Shown: positions 1-12,182 of the stretch, in pieces
Layout: each line of letters begins with the position of its first letter
Position numbering within the stretch: position 1 is the stretch's first letter
DNA from: Lingula anatina
Lineage: Eukaryota > Animalia > Brachiopoda
Length of the DNA: 64,000 bases
NCBI GenBank assembly: GCA_051362555.1
Contig: CM120643.1
Location: 6,014,001 to 6,078,000, forward strand
Direction of reading: 5' to 3'
Made by a program: the position numbers and the translations under genes
Notes under the pieces: model-generated
The model's input: only the letters and a program-made list of their open reading frames with translations
The model's database searches: none
Told to the model about the DNA's origin: nothing

Positions 1-54
1 AGTGTTGGGCTTTACATGCTCTACAAAATGCAAAAAAGAATGGGTCTCTAGCAT

Positions 55-652
55 TAACGGTTCCCGAATTAGAGACAGTTTTCAGTTTCGGTATCTTATG
101 GCCGTTACACCCGTGAAATTGCACCGATTGACCCCAAATTCACACAGATGAAAGATGACCTGAAGGGTAACATTTTCCAATAATATTATTGGTTAAGTCT
201 GTGTGGTGTCTGAATAACAGCACAAATAAATTTTTTTTCGTAAAAAAATTCATTTTTTTGAAAATTTTGGCACGTTTGACCTTGAAATAAAGGTCAAAGG
301 TCAAATCCAAGGGCATATTTGAAATCTACACATATGACTTTTGGAAAGACGTCTGTAGAAATTTTTCCCATAATTCCTTCCGTAGGGTAGATAATAAGCA
401 TTTAATTTTGCCATTTTTGGACAAGGGTGCATTGCAATGAGTGCCACACCTAGACCCCAATACCGACAAAGCCCAAATTTTACGTGGAACGAGTTGAGAT
501 TATAGGTGACCTAAATCCAAGAGATGGGTATGGGGGCCCTTACCGTCTAGGAGGAGAAGCGGTAACGGTAACATGGCGGCGGAGCCGGCAGAACGGACCG
601 AACGGGACTAAAACCATGTGTACCGCCAGCGCTAACGCTGGTGGTACAATAA
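55..652 (+). mobile_element. Non-autonomous Helentron/HINE-like interspersed repeat
   Basis: Contains tttgaccttgaaataaaggtcaaaggtcaa-type motifs. Ends in a 3' hairpin gtaccgccagcg-ctaa-cgctggtggtac (620-647) followed by aataa. Left boundary approximate. Confidence 0.5.
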
Positions 653-1589
653 TGTTATCGGAAAGAAATGTCATTATTAATATGCAAAGGAATAGACATA
701 TTAATAGTGTTATCAGAAAGTAATGTCATCTTTCATGCGTAAATTATCTCTACCGGGTATTATATTTTAAAAATACTAATTTACTTCTCAAAGATAGAAT
801 CCTTCAACTGATGAAATGTGGAGATGGTGACGGGTTTGTAGAACAAACATTACAGTATTGTAAATGCACCGGATGTGCGCAGAGTGGTAATGTGCATTTA
901 TTATATGGACAATGCTATGAACGATTGAACGGAACAGGTGGACACACGTTATGAACTACATGGGGTGTAAAAAGTAAGCATTAATCCATTACTTATTTGT
1001 TAGATTCTACTTAATTATATACTACATTCACAATTCATTTAGTTAATCTTGTTTATTTATTTATATTTTTTGTAGTTTTGGACCGTATGTGTAAGCTACA
1101 CCGTTTATGGACGAGTAACCAAAGCGCTCCTCATTCACTATAATAAACTTTGATCATCATATCTACAAAACAGCGTTTGATTTGCAGTAACAAGTATAAA
1201 AGGACAAATGAAGATTAAATTAGATACATGTATCTTGAATTATATTTATAAAGACTACTTTTTCTAACTTGACTAAAGACAGATTTTGGAGTAAAAATTT
1301 CCTCTACAATCCTCTAAGAGAAGGGACATCATCTTGCCTGCTGATGTTATATATAAACAATACATATATAACCCATATTGTAAAAGGCTAACATCCTACA
1401 CCAACTCATCGTTTGATTTTATATTGCATTCTCAGATAACAGAAAATATAGGGGGGCATAAATACACTGTTAGGAAATGGATGGCTGAATGACGGACATA
1501 TTTTAGCGGCGCAAAGACTTATCAAATTGGAATTTCCTTTGTTGTGGGGGCTTTTAGATACACTCCTCTTGGACTCTGGTTTGGAAACT

Positions 1590-2665
1590 GGTGAGTTGGA
1601 GCAGGGACATAATCCAACAGCTGGATGTTGGCCACCGACTTTACTTCCCAGCTGTTCTAACAGCGAAGTTGGCCTGCAATGTTAAAGTGATCAGTCTCCT
1701 ACGAGAAAGGGGCCTAAAAAACAGCAGCTCACAAATACAAAAGAAGCTTCGTTACAACATACAGACGCCTGGCTCAGAAAGATAGTCCAGTATGGGTCGG
1801 ACTGCGACGCCTTTCACAAAGCTTCCCAGATAGGTCTCATTGCCCCCCCCAGTATTTGTTCAGCCTCTGCCCAGAGAGCATGTTCCCCAACCAAGATGGC
1901 TGATGCATGCATATGCCATTGATGTCATGGACTGGCTTCCTGAACTGAAAGCAGTGCTGACAAGTCAGTTTGGAAATATTTTAAAGCTTGATTCAACTAA
2001 AAAGGTTGTCAAGAAACTAGCTGGTGCGGCAGCCAAGACCGCTAATAGCCTATATGTGGTGCACAAATGTAGGAAATGAGCACAGTCAAGTCCTGAACTT
2101 TGTAATGACTGCAGGTGAGGGCCACGACTTGACCAAAATGGTGCAGAGGCTGGTTGCTAGGTACAGGGATGCAGGAGAACACCCTCCAACTTTGGTATAT
2201 GTGGATAGAGACTGTTGTAGTAAAACATACCTGAAGAAGATTTTTCACGGTTGGGAAGATACAGTCATCAGGTTGGACATCTGGCATTTTATGAGGCGCC
2301 TATCTACTGGCTGCACCACTGATTCCCACCCTCTATACGATGTCTTCATATCCACCCTCAGCAAGTACATCTTCACCTGAGACAGAGACAACCTCCAGCT
2401 CTTACTTGATGCCAAGGCAAATGAACTGCATCCATCGACTGACAGAGATAAAAATATGAAACGACTGACTTGGAAAGAGCTTGCTTTGCATTGCAGATGT
2501 ACCACCAGGGGTGAGAAAGAAACATTAAATCTAATTAACCAGCTGCTGGCAGCCTTCAGTGATCCTGCAGGACGGGACACACTTGGTTAAACACAGAAAA
2601 AATTACGGAAATGTGGGAAAGCCAAAAGAAACACGTGAAATGTCTCATGTGCAAGAACAGGTACA
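1590..2665 (+). pseudogene. Frameshifted DDE transposase fragment (DUF6729-like, DxxH class)
   Basis: Overlapping ORFs join to ...FPAVLTAKLAC...LKLDSTKKVVKKLAG...WCTNVGNE...LVYVDRDCCS...IRLDIWHFMRRL. Several frameshifts and stops. Superfamily uncertain. Confidence 0.7.
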
Positions 2666-2993
2666 AGAACAGTCTAGTCTCTTGGTAAGAATAGATATTT
2701 TTCATTTTTTCCAGTTCCTTACAGTTACAGTTACACTTTCAACACTCAAATATGAAGATTTTTTCCCTTTTTATTAGTTCATGCAATATGGATCAGCGTG
2801 ACATATGTATGTCTCTGTCCATCTTGTGACTGTGGGCATTTCATATATAACATCAGTACCTAAAATTACCAAAAAGAAAGCGTGTTTTGCTGTTTGATGC
2901 CTGTATATTTGCAAGTTTTGCCACACAATAATATAATTACAAAAACTAGTTATTATTTTTATAATAATGACATTTATTTTTTCCATTTGATAG

Positions 2994-3881
2994 AAAGCCA
3001 CAGTTGCTGAGATAGGAGGTATCAACATGTGTGATCACACTAAAAAGGCCATGCAAAGGTAGGACAAATACTAATATATATGCATTTACTTAATTTTTTC
3101 CTGTGTTTAATGTGTAAAATACATATCTGAAACCTAGAACTCAGGTATAAGTTATGATCAAACCTTTATGGAATGATAACTAATACTTTTACACTTGACA
3201 CATTTCTGTCCATGTTAGTAAATTAATTACATTACAAAGTCGAACCTACATGTGTATAGCTACGTTATACTGGTTTGTTTGGCAGTATAAACCTTTTTAT
3301 CAGAATTTTAAAAATAAGTGCAGGTTATTATTCCAATTTTTTGGACTTTTCTTGATCAAACCAAGACATTTTATTCAATATATCCTTTATTTTATAAATA
3401 TTATTTGTAGGTGTATGACCAACAGAGTCATGGCTGGGATGAATTTTTCAGGGAAGAAAAATAAATTTCCGTTTGGGCACAGCAACTTCTTTAAGGTGAT
3501 CAAAGGTAATTAAATTAATGTTGCATTGTGTTTTACATTTACTGCTGTAATTTGTGCCTGATTTGATTTTTGTAATAAACTTATCAGCTATCTATCAGCT
3601 CCAGTTTGGGCAGCTAAGCCTAAAAAAATAGTTCTTACATTTTGCACCCTAGTTGGAATTTAACACCCAATCTTAACCTCATTCTTAGAATATCCCTCAA
3701 TGAACTATGATAGGCACGCCTGCCAGCGTACGTTCGATACATATATGCTTACATTTCTACTTCACTTTTTTTTCCAGATGTCATGATGTCAAGATATAGC
3801 TGTACAGAGAAGGAAGTCACCGACAGCATCGTTAACTATCTAAAATGGGAACCAGAAAGAAAAGATGGGAGGTGGAAGAAA
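2994..3881 (+). pseudogene. Spliced DUF4806 (BEN-like) transposon accessory gene fragment, 3 exons
   Basis: AG/GT-bounded exons 2994-3058, 3411-3505 and 3778-3881 splice in frame to KATVAEIGGINMCDHTKKAMQRCMTNRVMAGMNFSGKKNKFPFGHSNFFKVIKDVMMSRYSCTEKEVTDSIVNYLKWEPERKDGRWKK. Confidence 0.65.
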
Positions 3882-4119
3882 GTAACAATTAGGAACTTGA
3901 ACTATTATTATGGCCTTGTGCTGGACATTGCTACAATACTTACAGTTATATCTCTGAACTGTGGAGTTATCAGATTGCACTCATATCTGTCGTGTGTATA
4001 TGAACCTCATCTTCTACGTCTTGTTGCACAAAAATTGACAAAGATTTATCAAAGCAACCACGACAGCCATTTCTGGCTCTCTAACTTAACTGCACATGCG
4101 TCAAGGTGTATGAATCTTC

Positions 4120-4233
4120 TTGATTCAACGTTGACTTTTCAATGTTGATTCAACGTTGACTTTTCAACGTTGACACAAATTTCCATTTTCAAATATAAAT
4201 TCAACGTTGATTCAACGTTGTGTGCCTGCTGGG
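4120..4233 (+). mobile_element. Right terminus of an EnSpm/CACTA-like (CCC-ended) element with subterminal repeats
   Basis: Repeated ttgattcaacgttga motifs ending in gtgcctgctggg. A related terminus lies at 19670-19791. Confidence 0.55.
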
Positions 4234-6019
4234 TCATGGTTTGTAAAAAGAGATTAAACATTTCAATTGTTTTCAGTTTACCATACCAAATGCTGTGTAA
4301 TTTCAAATAGCATAGAATTTTGGTTCATTATTGTGAAGGTTTTATATGTAGTTTCATTACAGACTGAAGTTTACACCTGAAATGAAGTTGCAATTTCACA
4401 GCCAGCTGTTTCTTTTTTTATTGGCCATTTTTTTGTGTCACATACGTAACTGCCAGAAGTAATTTAATTTGAATACGTTCCAGGAAATGCACACATTTTT
4501 TATCTTTACTGAGAGTGTAACCTATTTATTTGACATACAATAAATGATATAAGTTTATTTAATGTTTTTTTTTGTCTTATCAAAATATGATTTTATGCCC
4601 GCGACTAACATTACATTTAATAAGCTACAAAAGTAGTAGAAATGTACTCTTTTCTATTGTTAAAAGACATAAAAAGGTGTTAAAAAGGTGTACAAAATTT
4701 AGCCATTTTCATACATTTTATATATCGAAATACCACATGTTCGTAGAAAAAAGGGTATCTAAAAGTTGATTTTGTGACACGAAAAAGGTAAGGGAAATGG
4801 GCCATTCATATGCCTTTCAACATGCAAAAGTCTTAAGAATGTTGATCTTTATAATGCTTTTTTACAACCCCACAAATGAAATTTGTGCAAAATTGTTGGT
4901 AAATAATAACTTTTGCTGACTTGTCGCATCATAATTTTTAGGATGATGAGTCTTATTGAATATTTGATATATAATTTTTATCCCTAAAGCCATAACATTT
5001 AATACAGGCAACAATTTGCTACATTGTTATTATTATTAAAACAATTAGGATAGAGGGGTTATATATTAAAAGCGGCCTTGTTTGGCCAAATCACAAACAA
5101 TCAATACTCCTTGTTGCCTTCTTTCTTGCTATGAATGAGACCATAAAAGTTTGTGGTACACTGAGATGGAGGAGACATAAAGAACATGTGTATGGCTCTC
5201 TAACTCCAAGAATGACACAGGGATATGAACATAAAGAAATACCACAATTACAGGTCCTTGAACCAGATGGAACCCTCATGGACACAAAAAAATTTAAGAA
5301 GGACCTAGAAAAGTGTAAAATGGAACTGACCCAGGATAACACACAGATTTTTAGATAATGGGATAATTTTTTAAATCAAGAGAAGACTACAAGTCTTCAT
5401 TTCCTCTACCTCCCACAAATACCTGGCCACTGTTAGATCTACATGTAAGTTATCATATACACCATTGAATTTCATAAATAAGCATTGGTCATTTAACAGA
5501 TTTTTACCATCTTCATTTGCCTAAAGACCCATGTATATGTAAGGTTTGCTGTGTTTGTTGTGTTAGCTATGATTGCGTTCGGTGTGTATCGTGTATGTTC
5601 GTATGTGTACGTGGAGGTCAAGGGTTGAAAGACCGCGCCCCATAAAATTTGATTTCCACCTGAGAGTCGGACGGAGATGCAGGTTGAATAACTGAAATAG
5701 GTATTCCAGTGAGCTTGCAGGTAAGTTTAACTATATTTAATAAAGGACCAATCCATAGTTTAAATTCATACATTTCTAAATTAATATATTTATTTTTTAT
5801 GGTGTGTTTGGCATTGTTATATTTTTATTTCTTTGTTCTGTCTTTCTTGTCTTTCGTCAGTGTAAATTTTGTATATGTAATTGTTTAAAATTAATTTGTT
5901 TTTATTGCTCTTGCAGATATTTGGAGATATTTGGAGATATTTGCAGATATTTGTACAATAACAATAAAGAAACATCAACCCGAGCTATCGGTCTGTTACA
6001 TATATGAAAGAAAACAACT

Positions 6020-6400
6020 ACCCAATATGACATTATAAGTAAATGTGGTGGAGAATATTTGTATTTTGGGATTGTTCACAGCATTTGCCATCAAATCCAA
6101 GACATTCAGCACATATCTGACAATTTTGTTCTTAGCCTCCAGATAAATGTAGATGGGCTACCTCTGTTTAAGAGTACTAGTCACAATTTCTGGCCTATAA
6201 TGGGGAGAATTGTAAATATTCCTAACCAATACAGTAAGCCTTTTATCATTGCATTATATTTAGGCACAGCAAAGCCCATTGATATCAATGAATATTTTCA
6301 TGATTTTATTGATAAATTTAAACAAATCCAGGGAGGTTTCCCCTGTCATGGGAAACGTTTATTTATTGCTATCTATTCATTCATTTGTGATACACCTGGA
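6020..6400 (+). pseudogene. Mirage/EnSpm (CMC)-type transposase fragment
   Basis: GGEYLYFGI...LQINVDGLPLFKSTSHNFWPIMGRI...PFIIALYLGTAKP...FICDTP. Homology stops abruptly after ICDTP. Confidence 0.8.
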
Positions 6401-6454
6401 CTTGCATCTTCCAAATTCCTGTCATGGAGCTGATGGTGCGCTGAGTGAAGAGAT

Positions 6455-6630
6455 GCTTTCTCCACAGAGACAAGCTGGTGGTCAGAATTGTAGTCTATTT
6501 GCCATTGCAACAGCTGTGTGTTTAGCTATAACAAGGTTGACCTGTATAACATTGTTTTCAGTTAAGAGCAGATGAGAAGACACTTGTATGAGAGTTTTTG
6601 TAGAGGGAAACTGGTAATGTTTCCATGTGA
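6455..6630 (+). pseudogene. Ulp1-like (C48) protease C-terminal fragment of TE origin
   Basis: PQRQAGGQNCSLFAIATAVCLA...QMRRHLYESFCRGKLVMFP, resembling the QxxxxDCGLFAIA catalytic-Cys motif. Frameshifted. Confidence 0.6.
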
Positions 6631-6899
6631 GGTTAAGACCCAATCAGTAAAGGTGACATATATTACTATATCAAAAGAGTAGTTTTACAATTATTACATG
6701 GTTTTAAAATAAAAAAAATACAGGTGGACCTCTAAACATCTAATCTAATATTTTGGCAATTATTCTAAGACAAATGTGACATTAATGTTGAAAAAGATGT
6801 CCTAACTGACCCTGCTGTAGAAACCCATCACTGGCACTGGACATAGAGAAAATTCTAAATGACAATATCCCTGGGTCTAGTGGACAGCCAGGCCCTGTA

Positions 6900-6930
<31 letters not shown>

Positions 6931-6949
6931 CCAGACCATTGTCCAGTTT

Positions 6950-7173
6950 GGAATAGACTTGCATCTTGCAAGACTATACAGAAGAGATATGCTGGCTTTG
7001 GATGATGAGGAACACAATACTAATGCAAACAGATACCAAGCCTACAGGCTATTCACGCTATGGGCACATGGTCGTTTGCATTGGGAGCTGGCAATAGACC
7101 CGTAATTCCATCTTGCTCTGTGTGGGCAATAAGAGACAAGTTCCCAGATCCATATGGACAATATCGGGGGTAA
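6950..7173 (+). pseudogene. KolX / P2RX7 intracellular (ballast)-like domain fragment, Kolobok accessory gene
   Basis: [51 protein letters not shown] with one frameshift at ~7080. Confidence 0.8.
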
Positions 7174-7239
7174 ACAGTAGAATTACAGCTGAAGTTTCAA
7201 GTCAATGAAATGGAGAGATGACTGTACTGGTTAAAAATC

Positions 7240-7357
7240 CTAGATATGCAGCGCCTTGCATTTGATGTAGCAGAAAATGCACAGGTCGCCCATTCATTCA
7301 ACAGAGAGTTATGGATGGCAGGGTAAGACTGGGTGCAAGGGTTTCTCTCTCCTCACG
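7240..7357 (+). pseudogene. pogo/Tigger-type CENP-B HTH fragment
   Basis: [37 protein letters not shown], matching the LA...H.FN....AG.DW..GFL.RH pattern. Confidence 0.7.
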
Positions 7358-7539
7358 GCTGTAGCATTCGTCAGTCTCTGTGTTAATATGGACAGAAGTT
7401 GGAAGTTAGTTTCGAGAGAGAGCTTTACTGTTTGATCATAAGTTTAGCTCTTTATTCTGTCCATGTTTGACATTTTCCTGTCTTTTCAAGGCATAGAATT
7501 AGAAAGTAGAATTGTGAAAGAAACGGAATAAGATTAAGT

Positions 7540-7720
7540 TCCAGCTGAGTGAAGCCATGACAATCAAAGGGGAAGATGGTTCAGTTTAGTTACAAGCCAA
7601 ACACGTGGTTTTTACCACTGAAGAAGCTTTCCAGCAGTACAAAGAATTATTTCCTGATGATAAAATTGGCCTCACATTGTTTCAAGCTTTAGTTCCCCCA
7701 AATCTTAAAAAAATCTCTGA
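7540..7720 (+). pseudogene. DNA-transposase N-terminal fragment (Sola-like)
   Basis: FTTEEAFQQYKELFPDDKIGLTLFQALVPPNLKKI, resembling the 'F...P..KIG.S.F..L.P..V' motif. Family assignment tentative. Confidence 0.4.
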
Positions 7721-8529
7721 AACAGGCCATCACATGGTTCCAATACTTTACTTACATGACGTCCAAACCAGATTATTATCGATGGCTGGGGAAATTGAAA
7801 AAAATCAATCTGTTCTCAACATAGCATCTTTTGACCATGTCAAATTTAATTTTTAGTTTACAGACCCTTTTGCTTGGAATGTAATTATTTTTTATGTGTT
7901 ACTAATAATGAATTTTATGAGTTAAAGAAGGAAATGTCAGATATGGCCTTGTGGTTAGAATGTCTGCCTCCGGAGTGGGAGGACATGGGTTCAACCCTGT
8001 CTGGGCACATTCTGTCTGGTTGTCAGCGACGGTTTATCCTACCCCCTCCTGTTTTTTAACTGTTCTAAAGAGGAGCAGTTTGCCACCAGCTGCACATACA
8101 TAAGCTGGGCAATTTTTACTGTCCAGCCTACTCTTCCACAGTACCATCCACGGTTCATGACCCAACAGCAGCGGCACGATCTACCATTCCTAAACATGAT
8201 TTACGAGTCACAGTTCAACGACACAGCAGCAGCGGCACCATATACCTTTCCTCAGCTCAGCAGTACCTCGTCTCAGCAGCCCACAGCTCAGCGACTGACA
8301 GCAGCGGCACGATTTACCATTCCTCGATACGATATACTGGCCACGGTTCAACAACCCAGCAGCAGTGGCACGATCTACCGTTCCTTGGCTCAGCATCAGT
8401 GCACGATTTACCTGCCAATGCTCAGCGACCCGACAACATTTGATATATTTTAATCTTCTAATTCTATCCTCCACTTAATAACTTCATTTATAAACATTGG
8501 TAATTGAATCATTACGGACAGCATATTGA

Positions 8530-8725
8530 AGAGAATTGGAAACATTAAATTTTTGTTTAGTTAATGGAAAAAATTAGTTATCTTATTGATTTTCAGAGTC
8601 AACAATATAGGTCTTTGGAGAAAAGATGTGAAAGATATTAGGAAGAAGTGGTCGGATTTTTCGAGCTGCACCAAAAAGAAGGACACGGAAAGAAGGAAGA
8701 TTCAAAAGACTGATGGTGGTGGGGT
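8530..8725 (+). pseudogene. Myb/SANT-like DNA-binding fragment (Harbinger accessory ORF type)
   Basis: RVNNIGLWRKDVKDIRKKWSDFSSCTKKKDTERRKIQKTDGGG. Confidence 0.7.
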
Positions 8726-8729
8726 CTAT

Positions 8730-9085
8730 CAAATAATGTTGACTCCCCGGCAAAAAGTTAATATGGAAGACATAAAGAAAATAGGCAAACATAAGGTATT
8801 TTTCCAGAGGAACCCAAAAAGTGTGCTGTCAAAGATAAAACAACCAACCCTGCCTTTTTTCACCCCAGATGAGCAAAACATGCACCTTGATTTATAAAGG
8901 CAAGTGTCACTTTTCATAGATCACCCCCTGCCCCTGTGGTCAGGTTTTATGCAGGTACTTCACCCTAAAACAAACATAGGCGTCGGTGCTCCTCTTTTTC
9001 TCCCCATGATTGACCTGAAGCCTTCTAGCCCTACCTGTGTACGGTCTACTTAGGAGTATCTGTGTGACATTGCAGAGAGGCATGA
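8730..9085 (+). pseudogene. Academ-type transposase fragment
   Basis: ...HPLPLWSGFMQVLHPKTNIGVGAPLFLPMIDLKPSSPTCVRSTLEYLCDIAEEH, with P.WSGFMQ and FLPMID..P...TC..STL motifs. Fused directly to the Myb fragment. Confidence 0.6.
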
Positions 9086-9189
9086 AAAAAGGGGGGAAAT
9101 TTTTTGGGCTATATTGAGAAGTAGTTACAGTAACTTGGGTTAAACAATGAATAAACTATGAAACTATTAAAAACATAAACGCCCTCTAC

Positions 9190-9511
9190 AGATCTTATCA
9201 CTGCTATTTTACACCATACACAATTCCTACTCTCAGACTATCCAACCTCTGAACCAATGAAACCTCAGGCAAGTGAACCTTTAGACTAGCAAACCTTTGG
9301 AACAGCTGGTCATTTGCATTATCAAACTATCAGACCAATGAACCTTCTGACTATTGAACCTTTTAAACCATTGGATCTTGGCATCATCAAACGATCAGAC
9401 CAATGAACCTTCTGACTATTGAATCTTTTGAACCATTGGATCTTGGCATCATCAAACTATCAGACCAATGAACCTTCTGACTATTGAACCTTTTGAACCA
9501 TTGGAACTTGG
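9190..9511. repeat. Dispersed repeat containing a 65-bp minisatellite (copy 1)
   Basis: Unit ttggcatcatcaaactatcagaccaatgaaccttctgactattgaaccttttgaaccattggatc, ~3 copies. The same lead-in and unit recur at 27340-27841. Confidence 0.85.
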
Positions 9512-10691
9512 CAGGGTTCTCCCCAGGCCTTTATAGCGTATCAGCACCGGTACGCATCTTTTTTTGCCGATACGCTCCTTTTTTTGCCGATACGCTTCTT
9601 TGAACTCCGATACCCTTGAAGAGTTGTGTGTGCCCAACGCCTTTATTCCTGACAGTCGTGACGCAAACGACTTGTGTAGGCCCTACGTACTTGAATCTCT
9701 TGTGTGCACGTTAGGTTGTTTATTTTTATTCTGCCTGGCGCAGTAATACAAGTATTAACATCTCGTGTTGAGGGCGCGGGGCCTGCGCACTGACAAGTTT
9801 TGAATATCAACATCCGCTATTTTCCCGCAAAATTTGGTCATGCACGTGGGTTATGTCGTAACGATTTCATGAGACGCAATCTTGATTACTCGCGAAATCA
9901 GGTCAGCTTCAGTCACGTGTACAGTATATGGCGATTTCATCGGATGTTTCTCTTCACGGTTTGATGGTGGATCGAAATGCCACTCCCAAAACGTGTGCAC
10001 TCGCACAATATTACAGACTTCTTTCACGCAGTTCAAAGATGTGAAAAACAAGCACACGTGGAGCGCACATTTACTGACATCGTTGACACTGCTGTGTCGG
10101 ATAATATCACGGCTGTAACAGTAACAGAAGGCAACAGAAAATTGAAAAAGGATCCGAAAAGAAGAAAAACGGGCGTCGACCCCACATGGCTTACTACGTA
10201 TGCATGGCTGCAGGTGACTGCTGACGAGAAGGGTGAGTTTTTATCATGTTAAAATGTCTTAAACAATTGAATATCAGTATAACCTTAGTCTACTCTAGCA
10301 TATACCCTAGCACGAAAATTCATGCGTTAGCACTCGTATTGACGATTCTGATATGTACTGGCTGTGCTAGTATCATTGGTTTTAGATTTTAATTAGGCTA
10401 AATTATAACGTAAGATAAATGTCATGGGCATTTTTGTCAGTGAGGGCAGTTTTCCCATTTTAGTATTGGTCATGCACAGAGCTGCAGTTTTTTATGTATT
10501 TCAATTTTGTATGCAAATAAATATTTCTTGAAATGATTGTTTTGCATGTAATTGCACCCTTTTTGCATGAAATAATAAAAAATTTTCTTTCGGAGGGCAC
10601 GTCCTCAGCCCCCCCCTCCCCCCCCCCCCCCCCTCGGTACTCTCGCGTAAAAAAACATAAGGGCTATTTTCAAATCCTGGGGAGAACCCTG
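9512..10691 (+). mobile_element. Internally deleted hAT-like element with 16-bp TIRs
   Basis: cagggttctccccagg (9512-9527) / cctggggagaaccctg (10676-10691). Retains a first-exon fragment KRRKTGVDPTWLTTYAWLQVTADEKG|gt (ZNF862/TTF-zinc-finger-like). Flanks gaacttgg and ctgtgtgt do not form a TSD. Confidence 0.75.
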
Positions 10692-10820
10692 CTGTGTGTT
10701 CAAAATATTCATGCAAATTTTATGTAGAACCAAGTGGCCGTAGACAATTGAAGTCTGGAAGCTTGCCCACTAAGTTTATGCCTCAAAAGACGGTTGAAAC
10801 TCCAAAACCACCACCTCGAT
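10692..10820 (+). pseudogene. THAP domain C-terminal fragment
   Basis: VCSKYSCKFYVEPSGRRQLKSGSLPTKFMPQK, a degenerate VCS.HF...LK.G.vPT.F. Confidence 0.6.
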
Positions 10821-11422
10821 CTAAAATCTGTGGAAAATGCAGTCATAGAGTGCAACTCGCACAAGTCTGGTGGTCACAAGTTCATAACACGGAGGGCAAT
10901 ACAAATCTCGCGGGAGTTGGCATTCTACTTTCTCCACTTCTATGATGTAATCAAGGACTTGAAGAAGAACATGACAGCAGAAGAGTTCCAAGTCCACTGG
11001 TCACCTACAAAAAGGCATACCTGATGTACTAAAACGTAAAGGGGGAGTCTCTAGCTATTTTAATAATATCTTTAAAATGATTCTAGATATTTTGTGCATA
11101 TTTACAGAACTGTTTTTTTTTTTACAACGCCAATTTGCATTTAGAAGCTTATGAGATCTAACGCCTTACGAGCACATTAACGTATATGTCACAAATTGCC
11201 TAAATACTGTCTTTTGGAAGATTCTCTCAAAAAACATCTGAAATGTTAAGGCATTTGTAGAAATGCCAAGGGCTTTCTTTTTTGGACTATTAAAATTGTT
11301 TATGTACCTGCACTTGAAATACCCCACCTAAGTGTATTGATTCAAGTTGTACATAATCACTTAACAAATTTTATAGACTGAAAGTTCTTATAAATCCCCC
11401 TCTTTTTCGTTCGTTTTAACAG

Positions 11423-11595
11423 GTCTGCTTGTGTCATCCAGCACTGTACGGAGATTTAGAAAGAAGGTTGGCTGGGTGAAAAGTGGGAAAGGCTACTGTC
11501 AACTTGTAAGGTTGATCAACTGTCAGAAAAGAGAAAACTGGTGCTGGGAGGCCCTGGAAGTGGAAGACAAATTTGAGGACGTTGTGTTTTTTTTG
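11423..11595 (+). pseudogene. Tc1/IS630-like transposase exon fragment
   Basis: AG/GT-bounded exon: VSSSTVRRFRKKVGWVKSGKGYCQLVRLINCQKRENWCWEALEVEDKFEDVVF. Confidence 0.7.
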
Positions 11596-11741
11596 GTAAG
11601 CAACAATCCACAGATCTGCATTCAAAATACAACATATGTGTTGTTGATTAATATTATATAAATATTATGGAATGGTGCAATTTGTAAGATAAGTGTTATT
11701 TTAAAACGAATACCATAATTGTTCATATCTTTATATTGCAG

Positions 11742-12182
11742 ACTGGAAGGTTTCAACCAAAAAGATCAGATGGCAGCAAAGAAGAGACTCTTCATTTGGA
11801 CACTTAGAGTTTGATGGGATGCCCTTTATGACCTTAAGTGAACTTATCTTGGACTGTCGCCACGGGCATGACAGGAATAAAGCGCTTAAGGCGAAATTTG
11901 CTGCTGCTAAAGCTGAAAAGGTTGCTAAAATATATACGTTATAGGGCTTTAATTTTGTTAACATTGGTGTTAGAGCCTAGTCTTAAGGAATGAATTTTTT
12001 TGCATGGAAGGGAGGAGGGGGACAAAAGACAAAAGCCTACAAGTACTAAATTTTGTTTTTAGATAAACGATCAGGAGTCTGACTTTGTATTTTCAAAATG
12101 CCAGAACTTCCTAGTGTCTGTGAAGTTTAGTTGTCCCGCGCAGATATGCCTTTTGGAAATGGTTAAATTTCCAGAATACAAG
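11742..12182 (+). pseudogene. CARF/ALS2CR8-like domain fragment (MULE-associated), 2 exons
   Basis: Exons 11742-11920 and 12063-12182 splice in frame: EFDGMPFMTLSELILDCRHGHDRNK...VKFSCPAQICLLEMVKFPEYK. Confidence 0.65.
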
